Shown here piece by piece: positions 49,725 through 61,370 of a DNA stretch of 64,000 nucleotides. The position numbers and the translations under genes were made by a program. Origin of the DNA: Parasphingorhabdus sp. (GTDB lineage: Bacteria > Pseudomonadota > Alphaproteobacteria > Sphingomonadales > Sphingomonadaceae); contig NZ_JBLWTY010000002.1 of the NCBI RefSeq assembly GCF_048269915.1, positions 272,449 to 336,448 of the forward strand, in the 5' to 3' direction. The stretch's first letter is position 1; each line of letters opens with the position of its first letter. Below the pieces are notes generated by a model. That model was not told the origin of the DNA. It saw nothing but the letters and a program-made list of their open reading frames with translations, and made no database searches.

Positions 49725-50252
49725 ATGCTATTGACGATTTTGGCAGAGGGCGCAGGGGCTGGCGGTCCATTGAGCGACGCGACTTTCTGGGTTGCGGTCG
49801 GCGTTCTGGTCGTATTCGCGATCATGTTGTGGATGAAAGTCCCCAAAATTGTCGGCGGCATGCTGGATAACAAGATTGCCGAAATCAAGAAGACGCTCGA
49901 TGAAGCCGCGGACTTGCGCAAGGAAGCCGAAGCGCTGAAAGCCGAATATGAGGCTAAAACCGCAGGCGCGCAGGCTGAAGTTGAAGCGCTGATGGATAGC
50001 GCGGAAAAGGAAGCTGCGATCCTGGTCAAGGAAGCCGAGGCAGAAACCAAGGCGCTGGTCGCTCGTCGCAAGAAGATGGCGGAAGAAAAAATCAGCGCCG
50101 CGGAACGCGCTGCGATTGCCGCCGTTCACGCCAAGGCCGCAACGGCTGCTACCAAAGCGGCAGAAGCCTTGATCGCTGCACGCCATGATGCCGCTGCAGA
50201 CAAGGGCCTGATCGACAAGGCAATTGGCGATATAGGTAAAACGCTGAATTAA
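49725..50252 (+). CDS. atpF: ATP synthase F0 subunit b
   Basis: AAGGAG RBS, an N-terminal TM helix and a long charged helix. Confidence 0.88.
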   Translation: MLLTILAEGAGAGGPLSDATFWVAVGVLVVFAIMLWMKVPKIVGGMLDNKIAEIKKTLDEAADLRKEAEALKAEYEAKTAGAQAEVEALMDSAEKEAAILVKEAEAETKALVARRKKMAEEKISAAERAAIAAVHAKAATAATKAAEALIAARHDAAADKGLIDKAIGDIGKTLN

Positions 50253-50255
50253 TTT

Positions 50256-50280
50256 TATCCTCTCCCGATATGGGAGGGGA
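50256..50280 (+). terminator. Hairpin after atpF (family C-like ctccc/gggag core)
   Basis: atcctctccc / gatat / gggaggggat forms a 10-bp stem with one G-U pair. The U tract is weak. Confidence 0.45.
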
Positions 50281-50329
50281 TATCATCTTGTGGCTGGCAA
50301 ACTCTTGCTCGCCCTCCTAGATATGCCTG

Positions 50330-52267
50330 ATGTCCAAGGCCGACCGTCCCGATCAACCCAATGCTGCGTCCCGCTTCAATGAGGACAAGGCCACCTACGC
50401 TGTGCGTGGGGAGGGGGATACGCCCGATCTCGAGGCCGGAATGGCGGCGATCCGTGAAGTATTGAACACGCTGCCCACAAGGCCGGGCGTGTATCGCATG
50501 CAGGACAAGCGCGGCGATGTGCTCTATGTCGGCAAGGCTCGTTCGCTGAAGGCCCGCGTCGGTGCCTATGTTCAGATGAACCGCCTGCCGCAGCGATTGA
50601 TGCGGATGGTCGCGCAAACCCGCTCGATGACCATCGTCACCACCGGCAGCGAAGCCGAGGCGTTGCTGCTCGAAGCGCAATTGATCAAGAAATTCCGGCC
50701 CGCCTATAATGTGCTATTGCGGGACGACAAGAGCTTCCCCTTCATTCTGTTGCGCGAGGATCATGATTTTCCGCGAATTACCAAACATCGCGGCGCGCAG
50801 CGCACAAAGGGGCAATATTTTGGACCCTTTGCCAGCGCCGGATCGGTTAATCGGACGATCAACGCGTTGCAAAAACTGTTTCTGTTGCGGTCGTGCACGG
50901 ACAGTTTCTTCAACAACCGTTCGCGGCCTTGCTTGCTCTATCAAATCAAGCGTTGTTCCGGGCCTTGCGTAGACCGGATCAGCAAGGAGGACTATGCCGA
51001 GCTGGTCGAGGATGCGCGGGATTTTCTGTCGGGTAAATCCACTGCTGTGCAGAACAAGCTGGGCGAAGCAATGGAGAAGGCCTCCGATGCCCTCGATTTC
51101 GAAATGGCGGCGGTCTATCGCGACCGGCTGAAGGCGCTGACCTTCATTCAGGGCAATCAGGCGATCAACGCACAGGGCTTGCCCGATTCCGACATATTTG
51201 CGCTGGCGAGCGAGGGCTCTACGGTCTGTATCCAGGCCTTTTTCATTCGGGGTGGCCAGAATTGGGGGCACCGCAGCTTTTTTCCTGCGCACACAAGCAA
51301 TGTCGAGATTGACGAGATTTTTTCCAGTTTCCTGATGCAATTTTACGACCGGATGCCGCCGCCCAAATTGGTGTTGCTGGACCGCGAACTCCCTGATGCG
51401 GAATTGCTGGCCGAGGCGTTGAGCACCAAGGCCGACTATAAGGTAAGCGTATCGAAACCGCAGCGCGGGGACCGCCGGAAATTGTTGGGACAGGCAAGTC
51501 GCAACGCCAAGGACGCGCTCGACCGGCGTCTGGCGGAAACTTCGACCCAAGCGAAGATCATGCGGGAAATGGTCGAATTGCTGGAGCTGGATGCGGTGCC
51601 GGATCGCATCGAAATCTATGATAACAGCCATATTCAGGGTACGAATATGGTCGGCGGCATGGTTGTGGCTGGCCCCGAGGGATTTCGCAAAAATGCCTAT
51701 CGCAAATTCAACATCAAAAATCCTGATATCGCGCCCGGCGACGATTTCGCGATGATGCGGGAAGTGCTCGAACGGCGTTTCTCCCGTGCGCAAAAGGAGG
51801 ATCCGGATCGCGACAAGGGGGAGTGGCCCGATCTGGTGCTGATTGACGGCGGCAAGGGTCAGATGAGCGCGGCGCGCGAAGCGCTCGCCGAAATCGGGGT
51901 CGAGGATGTCGTTATGATCGGTGTATCCAAGGGGCCGGACCGTAATGCAGGGCGGGAAACATTTCATCTGCCCGACGGCCGTGCGATTAATCTGCCGGCC
52001 AACAGTCCGGTGCTTTTCTATCTTCAGCGGTTGCGCGACGAGGCGCACCGCTTCGCCATTGGGGCGCATCGGACAAGGCGAGCCAAGGCAGTTGGCCATA
52101 GTTCGCTGGATGATGTGCCGGGTGTCGGTCCCGCACGGAAAAAGGCGCTGCTGCTGCATTTCGGGACTGCCCGCGCCGTCAAAAACGCATCGCTCGACGA
52201 TCTGCAGCGTGCGCCGGGCGTGTCGGCGACGGTGGCGCAGAAGATCTACGATTTTTTCCATGCCTAG
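50330..52267 (+). CDS. uvrC: Excinuclease ABC subunit C
   Basis: GIY-YIG motif (GVYRMQDKRGDVLYVGKA), UVR domain and C-terminal HhH. Confidence 0.95.
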   Translation: MSKADRPDQPNAASRFNEDKATYAVRGEGDTPDLEAGMAAIREVLNTLPTRPGVYRMQDKRGDVLYVGKARSLKARVGAYVQMNRLPQRLMRMVAQTRSMTIVTTGSEAEALLLEAQLIKKFRPAYNVLLRDDKSFPFILLREDHDFPRITKHRGAQRTKGQYFGPFASAGSVNRTINALQKLFLLRSCTDSFFNNRSRPCLLYQIKRCSGPCVDRISKEDYAELVEDARDFLSGKSTAVQNKLGEAMEKASDALDFEMAAVYRDRLKALTFIQGNQAINAQGLPDSDIFALASEGSTVCIQAFFIRGGQNWGHRSFFPAHTSNVEIDEIFSSFLMQFYDRMPPPKLVLLDRELPDAELLAEALSTKADYKVSVSKPQRGDRRKLLGQASRNAKDALDRRLAETSTQAKIMREMVELLELDAVPDRIEIYDNSHIQGTNMVGGMVVAGPEGFRKNAYRKFNIKNPDIAPGDDFAMMREVLERRFSRAQKEDPDRDKGEWPDLVLIDGGKGQMSAAREALAEIGVEDVVMIGVSKGPDRNAGRETFHLPDGRAINLPANSPVLFYLQRLRDEAHRFAIGAHRTRRAKAVGHSSLDDVPGVGPARKKALLLHFGTARAVKNASLDDLQRAPGVSATVAQKIYDFFHA

Positions 52268-52994
52268 CTTGCGCACATCGGCGATCATCTGTTCGGTCAA
52301 ATCCCACGGCGAACATGGTGCGGTGGTGCGGTCGCTGACTCCCGGTAATGGCCTTGTGACCGGATATGTCCGTGGTGCGCGGTCGCGGATGATGCGGCCG
52401 GTTCTGATCCCCTCCAACATTGTTCAGGCCGATTATCGGGCACGGACCGAGGATCAGCTGGCATCAATGACGGTGGAACTGCAGCAGAGCAGAGGTCCTT
52501 TTCTGGGTGAGCCGCTGGCCAGCGCAGCGCTCGACTGGGTGACGGCGCTGACGGCCGCCACCTTGCCGGAAGAACACAGCTATCCGCAAATCCATTCGGC
52601 TCTTTCCGCCTTGCTCGACGCGATTTGCGGGGCGCCCTCCGCCAGGGGGTGGGCCGTTGCGCTGGTGCGCTATGAACTGCTGCTGCTCTCTGAACTGGGC
52701 TTTGGCCTGGCATTGGACAAATGCGCCGCAACCGGCCTGGAGGACGATCTGATTTACATCAGCCCGAAAAGCGCAACCGCTGTCAGTGCCTTTGCCGGAC
52801 AGGAATATAAGGAACGTCTTTTGCCGCTGCCGGCATTCTTCACGCAGCCGGTGATGCCCGAATGGGGTGATATATTTGACGGCCTGCGCGTTACCGGTTT
52901 TTTCCTGAAACGCCATTTTTTCGAGGAGCGCCGCAAGGACGTTCTGGCGGCCCGGTCGATATTGATCGATCGCCTGAAAAGGGTGGTTGCCTAA
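52260..52994 (+). CDS. recO: DNA repair protein RecO
   Basis: ATG 52260 overlaps the uvrC stop. VRGARSRMMRPVL, YELLLLSELGFGLALDKCAATG and LLPLPAFF. Confidence 0.88.
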   Translation: MPSLRTSAIICSVKSHGEHGAVVRSLTPGNGLVTGYVRGARSRMMRPVLIPSNIVQADYRARTEDQLASMTVELQQSRGPFLGEPLASAALDWVTALTAATLPEEHSYPQIHSALSALLDAICGAPSARGWAVALVRYELLLLSELGFGLALDKCAATGLEDDLIYISPKSATAVSAFAGQEYKERLLPLPAFFTQPVMPEWGDIFDGLRVTGFFLKRHFFEERRKDVLAARSILIDRLKRVVA

Positions 52995-53041
52995 ACGCTT
53001 GATAATCGGCAGGAACGGCGCGCGTTCAGGAAGGAAAATTC

Positions 53042-54094
53042 ATGCATATTGCGGTGCTCGCCGGAGACGGCATTGGTCAGGAAATCATGATCGAGGCGCT
53101 GCGCGTTCTCGATGCCCTCGGGTTGTCCGATATGCAATTGACCCACGCCGCTGTCGGCGGTGTTGCCTATCACAAACATGGTCATCCGCTGCCGCCGGAA
53201 ACGCTGGCGGTCGTCGAATCGGCCGATGCGGTTTTGTTCGGTGCGGTGGGCGACCCATCGTGCGACAATCTCGACCGCCACCTACGTCCCGAACAGGCGG
53301 TGCTGGGTCTGCGCAAAGAAATGCAGACTTTCGCCAACCTTCGGCCTGCCAAGATGTTTCCGGGTATGGAAGACGCGTCCGGTCTCAAGCCGGAAATCGC
53401 TCGGACCATCGACATTGTCATCGTCCGCGAACTGAACGGTGATGTCTATTTTGGCGAAAAGGGCATGCGCACAACCGCAGACGGTTTGCGCGAGGGCTAT
53501 GATGTGATGTCCTATGACGAGAGCGAAGTCCGGCGTATCGGGCATGTCGCCTATAAGACCGCCATGGGACGCGGCAAGCGCCTGTGTTCGGTCGACAAGG
53601 CCAACGTGCTGGAGACATCGCAATTGTGGCGCGACGTGATGATCGAATTGTCGGCTGAATATCCCGACGTGGAACTCAGCCATATGTACGTCGACAATGC
53701 GGCGATGCAACTGGTGCGTAATCCCGGCCAGTTTGATGTGGTCGTCACCGGCAACCTGTTCGGCGACATCCTTTCCGATCAGGCGAGCATGTGCGTCGGC
53801 TCGATCGGTCTGCTGGCATCGGCGTCGCTGGGTGAAGGAACCAAGGGCCTCTACGAACCCATTCATGGCAGCGCGCCGGATATTGCGGGGCAGGGCATTG
53901 CCAATCCTTCCGCGATGATCCTATCTGCAGCTATGATGTTGCGGCACAGTTTCGGGATGGAGGCAGAAGCAGCCAGAATCGAATCGGCGGTAGCGGCTGT
54001 GCTCGAACAGGGCGTCCTCGGCCATGATCTTGGCGGACATGCTTCCACTGCGCAAATCGGCGACGCTATTGTCGCGCAACTGACAGGCGGCTAG
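53042..54094 (+). CDS. leuB: 3-isopropylmalate dehydrogenase
   Basis: [12 protein letters not shown] and NLFGDILSD. Confidence 0.95.
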   Translation: MHIAVLAGDGIGQEIMIEALRVLDALGLSDMQLTHAAVGGVAYHKHGHPLPPETLAVVESADAVLFGAVGDPSCDNLDRHLRPEQAVLGLRKEMQTFANLRPAKMFPGMEDASGLKPEIARTIDIVIVRELNGDVYFGEKGMRTTADGLREGYDVMSYDESEVRRIGHVAYKTAMGRGKRLCSVDKANVLETSQLWRDVMIELSAEYPDVELSHMYVDNAAMQLVRNPGQFDVVVTGNLFGDILSDQASMCVGSIGLLASASLGEGTKGLYEPIHGSAPDIAGQGIANPSAMILSAAMMLRHSFGMEAEAARIESAVAAVLEQGVLGHDLGGHASTAQIGDAIVAQLTGG

Positions 54095-54103
54095 GATAAT
54101 AAG

Positions 54104-55312
54104 ATGAAGAGAAACACCGGCCAGAACCGCGATGTCACCAAGAACTGGCGTCCTGCCACCCAGGCGATCCGCAGCGGCACGATGCGCAGCGAATTTGGCG
54201 AGACATCCGAAGCCTTGTTCCTGACATCGGGTTATAGCTATGATTGCGCCGAGGATGCCGCTGCCCGCTTTGCCGGTGAACAGGACGGCATGACCTACAG
54301 CCGCCTGCAGAATCCAACGGTGCAGATGCTGGAAGAGCGGATTGCGATCATGGAAGGCGCGGAAGCCTGCCGGGCGACCGCATCGGGCATGGCCGCGATG
54401 ACCGCCGCCTTGCTCTGCCAGCTGGAGGCGGGCGATCATGTGGTCGCCAGCCGTGCCCTGTTTGGGTCCTGCCGCTGGCTGACCGATAGCCTGCTACCCA
54501 AATTCGGGATCGAAACAACCGTCGTCGATGGTCGCGAGATTGAAAATTGGGAACAGGCGATCACGCCCAAGACCAAGGTCTTCTTCTTCGAAACGCCCGC
54601 CAACCCGACCATGGACGTGATCGATATCCGCAGTATTTGTGATCTCGCGCGGGCCAAGGGCATCACCAGCGTTGTGGACAATGCATTCGCCACAAACGTG
54701 CTGCAGCGGCCCATGGAATATGGTGCGGACGTAGTCGCCTATAGCGCTACCAAGATGATGGACGGGCAGGGGCGCGTACTGGCTGGCGCGGTCTGCGGCA
54801 GCGAGGAATTTATCGAGGAGACCTTGCTCGCCTTCACCCGCAACACCGGCCCAACGTTGAGCGCGTTCAACGCCTGGGTGGTGCTCAAGGGACTGGAAAC
54901 GCTAGACCTGCGTATCCGCCGGCAGAGCAATAATGCGCTCGAGGTAGGCAAGTTTTTGGAGCAGCGCGTAGAGAAAATCTTGCACCCGGGCCTCCCCAGC
55001 CACCCCCAGCATAATCTCGCGATGAGTCAGATGGAAGCTGCGGGACCGATCTTCTCGCTTTATGTCGGTGGCGGTCGCAAGCGTGCGCACGGCTTACTCA
55101 ATGCATTGAATCTGATCGATATTTCGAACAATATTGGCGATAGTCGCTCGCTCATGTGCCATCCATCCTCGACCACCCACCATGGATTGGGGGAGGAGGC
55201 CAGGCTGGAAGTCGGGATCACCGAAGACATGCTACGGATCAATGTCGGTCTGGAAGATCCGATCGATTTGATCAAAGACCTGGATCAGGCCCTTTCGTCC
55301 GTAGGGCTTTAA
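54104..55312 (+). CDS. metZ: O-succinylhomoserine sulfhydrylase (Cys/Met PLP family)
   Basis: PLP Lys in YSATKMMDGQG and C-terminal INVGLED. Confidence 0.9.
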   Translation: MKRNTGQNRDVTKNWRPATQAIRSGTMRSEFGETSEALFLTSGYSYDCAEDAAARFAGEQDGMTYSRLQNPTVQMLEERIAIMEGAEACRATASGMAAMTAALLCQLEAGDHVVASRALFGSCRWLTDSLLPKFGIETTVVDGREIENWEQAITPKTKVFFFETPANPTMDVIDIRSICDLARAKGITSVVDNAFATNVLQRPMEYGADVVAYSATKMMDGQGRVLAGAVCGSEEFIEETLLAFTRNTGPTLSAFNAWVVLKGLETLDLRIRRQSNNALEVGKFLEQRVEKILHPGLPSHPQHNLAMSQMEAAGPIFSLYVGGGRKRAHGLLNALNLIDISNNIGDSRSLMCHPSSTTHHGLGEEARLEVGITEDMLRINVGLEDPIDLIKDLDQALSSVGL

Positions 55313-55321
55313 CTCTATATC

Positions 55322-55726
55322 ATGGATATGGAATCATTCTTCCCGTTTGCCGAGACCACCGATGGCGTTACCGTACGCGTCGCGGTGACCTTCCTGCCGG
55401 AACAATCCGACATTGACGGCAATCGCTGGTTCTGGGCCTATCATGTCCGGATCGAGAACCATCGGGACGAGGCGGTCCAGCTGTTGATGCGGCATTGGCA
55501 GATCAACGATCAACATGGCGGACTGCAAGTTGTCGACGGCGAAGGTGTTGTCGGTGAACAGCCGATCATCCAGCCGGGTAAGTCCCACGATTATGTCTCG
55601 GGCTGCCCGCTCAATACATCGAGCGGTTCAATGGAAGGCTATTTTGTCATGGTTGGCAGTACGCCGCCAGCCTTTGAAGTCCGCATTCCCCATTTTCCCC
55701 TCACCGAACCGACGGTCGAGCAATGA
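55322..55726 (+). CDS. apaG: ApaG (DUF525) protein
   Basis: FWAYHVRIEN and GEGVVGEQPIIQPG...YVSGCPL. Confidence 0.9.
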   Translation: MDMESFFPFAETTDGVTVRVAVTFLPEQSDIDGNRWFWAYHVRIENHRDEAVQLLMRHWQINDQHGGLQVVDGEGVVGEQPIIQPGKSHDYVSGCPLNTSSGSMEGYFVMVGSTPPAFEVRIPHFPLTEPTVEQ

Positions 55727-56520
55727 AGCGTACCCATTTGCCCCTGAATGGCCTTCGCGTGCTCGATGCCGCCGCCCGGCATCTCAGTTTTACCAAAGCG
55801 GCCGATGAACTGGCGGTGACGCCAGCTGCAGTAGGCCAACAAATCCGCGCGCTGGAAGACATGCTGGGCGTGGTGATGTTCCGCCGTACCCCCAAAGGTC
55901 TGGAGCTGACTGACGAAGCGGCGGCTGGATTGGATGCGCTTCGTTCCGGTTTCCTGCAATTTGAAGAAGCCGTCCGGGCAATGCAATCGGGTCAGTCCTC
56001 GCACAAGCTGACCATCGCCGCACCTCGCGATTTCACCCAGAAATGGCTCAATGAGAGACTGTCCGCCTTCTCAGCCGATAATCCGGACACGAGTTTTGCC
56101 TTAGTAGCCGCCGATGATGAGATCGATTTCACCGAAGCCAATCTGGACGTGGCAATCTGGCTCGGCGACGGACCAGGCCAGCATGAAGGCAAAATGCTTG
56201 GCGATACCGTGTTCGTGAAGATTGCTGCGGCGGGTAGCGACGGCGGCAACAAGATTGACTGGCCCGGCTGCCCCATTTCCGAAGGCGAAGAAACGCTGAT
56301 GCGGGTTGCTGATGGCGGCCTCGCGATTGAGGCTGCAGCCAATGGCTTTGGCTATGCCTGGGTACCGAAAATGCTGGTCCAGCGCGATCTGGCTGCGGGC
56401 CGGGTCGAGATTATCGGCGAAGACAGCGTGTCGTCGCGCGGTTACTGGCTGATGGCACCCTTGCCGCAATGGCGGCAACAGAAGGTCAAGGCGCTGGTCG
56501 CGGCGTTGACGGGCGGGTAA
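55723..56520 (+). CDS. LysR-family transcriptional regulator (short, GcvA/AmpR-like)
   Basis: wHTH LNGLRVLDAAARHLSFTKAADELAVTPAAVGQQIRALE. Overlaps the apaG stop. Confidence 0.85.
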   Translation: MKRTHLPLNGLRVLDAAARHLSFTKAADELAVTPAAVGQQIRALEDMLGVVMFRRTPKGLELTDEAAAGLDALRSGFLQFEEAVRAMQSGQSSHKLTIAAPRDFTQKWLNERLSAFSADNPDTSFALVAADDEIDFTEANLDVAIWLGDGPGQHEGKMLGDTVFVKIAAAGSDGGNKIDWPGCPISEGEETLMRVADGGLAIEAAANGFGYAWVPKMLVQRDLAAGRVEIIGEDSVSSRGYWLMAPLPQWRQQKVKALVAALTGG

Positions 56521-56574
56521 ACTTGCGAGTTCCGCCTTTCCCGCTTAGTGAATGGGGAAAGGTTAGGGATGATC

Positions 56575-57903
56575 ATGGCTAGATTCTTGTTTTTTGTAAC
56601 GGTTTCGCTGTTATTTTGCGTGAACGCTGCCGAGGCAAAAAAAGTCGCCCTGATCATCGGCAATGCGGAATATATTAACACCAGTCCGCTGGCAAATGCC
56701 GTCAATGATGCCAAGCTGGTTGCTCGGGCGGCTGAAAAAGCCGGTTTTGACGAAGTCACAATCGCACTCGATCAATCCGTTGACGATTTTCGCATGACGC
56801 TTCGGCGCTTTCGAGAAAAGGCCGATGGCGCGGATATCGCGCTGGTGTATTATGCCGGGCACGGCTTGGAGGGGCAGGGTGAAAACTGGCTGGTGCCGAC
56901 CGACGCGGAGTTGAACTCCAGTTTCGATCTGCCTTTTGAAACGATCAACCTCAACCGCCTGATGGAAACCGTATCCGGTGCGCAGGTCCGCGTGGTTGTT
57001 CTGGATGCGTGCCGTAACAACCCCTTTGCCAACAGCTGGCGGGCAGGTTCGAGAGCGGTTGTGCGTGGATTGGCGGGAATTGATGTTGACGATGTGCTGG
57101 TTATATATTCCGCCGCACCGGGGCAGACAGCCAGTGATGGTGAGGGCGAAAATTCTCCGTTTGCGCAATCTCTGGCCGCCCGCCTGCCGGAACCCGATCT
57201 GCCCCTGCAATTGCTTGGCGGGACGGTGCGCGATGATGTGTTGAAAGCCACCGGCGGGAAACAGCGTCCTTTTGTCAGCGCTAGCATCACCGGTACGCCT
57301 GTCTATCTGACTCCGCGGCCCACCCGACAAGCGGCTGCACCGTCCAGCGCCGCTCCTCCCGGCGTTGATCAGGCCGAACTGGAAGGCATCACGTGGCGGG
57401 GGGCGCTTGCCACCGATAGCGTCAGTGCCTTCAGTACCTACTTGTCGCTGTTTCCGGACGGCAAATATGCTGTGGAGGCAGCAACAAAAATTTCCGCTCT
57501 GGTCGCGGCGCCACCACCGGTTGCAAAAATCAGTACCGACGCTCCAGTCGTCGCCGGCAAGACCGTCAGAATTTCCAACATCACGATACAGAATGTCAAA
57601 CTGACCGGTTTTCTGGGCGTACCCGACGACCTGTTTCTCCGATTTAACAATGGTGAACGTTTTCCGGATGCCGGCAACAAGAACCAGCGGTTCAAGAAAG
57701 GCGACAGATGGACGATAAGTGAGACGTTCGAGTTAAGCGATCCCGTCATATTCAAGGTGATGGAGTATGATATGGTCGGTGGCCATGATACGATCGGCAC
57801 AGTGGCCGTGAACGCTATTCCCGGGACCTATACCCAGACCATGAACGGCGACCGCAGCGAATATGTCATCAATTATGACGTGAGTGAAGCCGAACAACCT
57901 TAG
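56575..57903 (+). CDS. Secreted caspase-fold (peptidase C14) protein with an unassigned C-terminal beta-rich domain
   Basis: Signal peptide MARFLFFVTVSLLFCVNAAEA. Catalytic dyad context YYAGHG and VVLDACRNNPF. Helical linker motif WRGALATDSVSAFSTYLSLFPDGKYAVEAATKISAL and a roughly 110-aa C-terminal domain. Confidence 0.88.
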   Translation: MARFLFFVTVSLLFCVNAAEAKKVALIIGNAEYINTSPLANAVNDAKLVARAAEKAGFDEVTIALDQSVDDFRMTLRRFREKADGADIALVYYAGHGLEGQGENWLVPTDAELNSSFDLPFETINLNRLMETVSGAQVRVVVLDACRNNPFANSWRAGSRAVVRGLAGIDVDDVLVIYSAAPGQTASDGEGENSPFAQSLAARLPEPDLPLQLLGGTVRDDVLKATGGKQRPFVSASITGTPVYLTPRPTRQAAAPSSAAPPGVDQAELEGITWRGALATDSVSAFSTYLSLFPDGKYAVEAATKISALVAAPPPVAKISTDAPVVAGKTVRISNITIQNVKLTGFLGVPDDLFLRFNNGERFPDAGNKNQRFKKGDRWTISETFELSDPVIFKVMEYDMVGGHDTIGTVAVNAIPGTYTQTMNGDRSEYVINYDVSEAEQP

Positions 57904-57939
57904 TGGAAAAGGTTTCTGTCCGGCGATAGCTGTCGGATA

Positions 57940-59253
57940 TTATTGTTTCGCCAGCAGATTCACCAAACGTGTTGTCAGAGCCAGCAGTTTGCCTTCCTGC
58001 AGGGCTTGTTCTTCATTGTTCCAGTTCACTGAAATCCCATAGTTTTTGCCGGTTCTGGATTGCAGCAGAAAATTATACGACAATACACCGGGCTCCGAAC
58101 CGCCTTTATAGCCCAAATAAGCCCACTTCCTTGCGGCTTCCTGACCAATACCGGGGTTTATTGCCATGAGTGCGCGGGTGTCTTCCCCCGCGTTGCGGTA
58201 CAGATAGGTCAGCAATCCGATGATATCTCGCGGCGTAGCAAACCATTCGAGTTGATCGATAAAATTGGGGCGATTGGTCAAAATGCGCGGATCGAGACTT
58301 GTCAGGGTCAATGCGGGGTCAAACTTGCCAAGCAGATTTTCACGTTCTGCCGGCTGAGCGCCCAGAAAAGCGTTTCTTCGCGCGGCATGCACGGGCATTT
58401 TCAGCGCAGATACCTGGCGGGTCATCAGAAAGGGGCGCAACTCTTCTGGCTTGCGATGACCTGTGGCGTGAACAATTTTTGCCAGGCGATCCTGGCCGAT
58501 GACCCGGATCAATGTGTCGGTGGCGCTATTGTCGCTGATCGAGATCATCAGCGTTGCCAGCGTGTGCAATGTCATCGGGGCATTGTCCGGCCAGTTCTGG
58601 CTGATCCCGGAGGGATGGGATTTTGGTCCCAGTTGCACGACATCACTCCATCGTCTTTCGCCCGCTTGCACGGCCCGGTCGAGCTCGGCCAATATATAGA
58701 GTTTGAACGTTGAACCGATGGCATAGCGCCCGTCCGGATCGAGCGCGGCGAGCGGGGGTTGATCATCATCGTCCAGTCTCCGGACCAGAACAGCCTGACG
58801 GCCGGGCAGGGCATCGATCGCGGTGAGCACATCATCAAGCGTGTCTCCGGCGGCTTCGAACCCGGTGATCAGAAGTCCTGAAATGCGGTGCTCCGGTTGC
58901 CGCTCGAGGTCGATATGAATCGTGCCGATCGAACGTTCAAACCGGGCCTTGAGAGTCGCCGAATTGGCGCCGCGCGGTTCGATAGATGCAATTTCCAGTG
59001 CCTGTCCCTGTTGCGTGACGATCTGCCTGGCAAGCGTGCGAAATTGTTCGGGGGGCACGGCATTGAGGAAATTCTCGTCGAATATCTCGGCCTCAATCGG
59101 TTCGCCCTGCAACAGGCGGAGCACATCATCGGCGCGCCGGGAAAGCTGTTCCGAAATAACTGGTCTGGTCTGGGCCTGGGCAGGGATGGTGACGAATGCG
59201 ATCGAACAGGACAGCAGGGATAAAGCAAAGGCGAACGGAAACCGCACAGACAT
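57940..59253 (-). CDS. Secreted serine hydrolase, class A beta-lactamase-like with an N-terminal accessory domain
   Basis: Signal peptide; SxxK motif as STFK and SDN motif as ISDNSATD. Confidence 0.85.
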   Translation of the reverse strand: MSVRFPFAFALSLLSCSIAFVTIPAQAQTRPVISEQLSRRADDVLRLLQGEPIEAEIFDENFLNAVPPEQFRTLARQIVTQQGQALEIASIEPRGANSATLKARFERSIGTIHIDLERQPEHRISGLLITGFEAAGDTLDDVLTAIDALPGRQAVLVRRLDDDDQPPLAALDPDGRYAIGSTFKLYILAELDRAVQAGERRWSDVVQLGPKSHPSGISQNWPDNAPMTLHTLATLMISISDNSATDTLIRVIGQDRLAKIVHATGHRKPEELRPFLMTRQVSALKMPVHAARRNAFLGAQPAERENLLGKFDPALTLTSLDPRILTNRPNFIDQLEWFATPRDIIGLLTYLYRNAGEDTRALMAINPGIGQEAARKWAYLGYKGGSEPGVLSYNFLLQSRTGKNYGISVNWNNEEQALQEGKLLALTTRLVNLLAKQ

Positions 59254-59287
59254 CTCCCGAAATCAAATTTCAGTCTGACCCTGCCTG

Positions 59288-61318
<2,031 letters not shown>

Positions 61319-61334
61319 TTATGCGGCGTTTAGC

Positions 61335-61364
61335 CCCCGGATCGAAATTTCTCCCGATCCGGGG
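61335..61364 (-). terminator. 10-bp perfect-stem hairpin between gcrA and parE
   Basis: ccccggatcg / 10-nt loop / cgatccgggg. The T run is on the plus-strand side only, so its role as the gcrA terminator is uncertain. Confidence 0.4.
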
Positions 61365-61370
61365 CGTGTT

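Noticed and set aside
51921-52259. Upstream extension of the recO ORF (track ORF 51921-52994).
   Set aside because: The extension lies in an alternative frame inside uvrC and is Arg/Cys-rich. RecO homology starts at ATG 52260.
54095-54103. SAM-II or other Met riboswitch ahead of metZ.
   Set aside because: Only 9 nt separate the leuB stop from the metZ start, so there is no room for a leader RNA.
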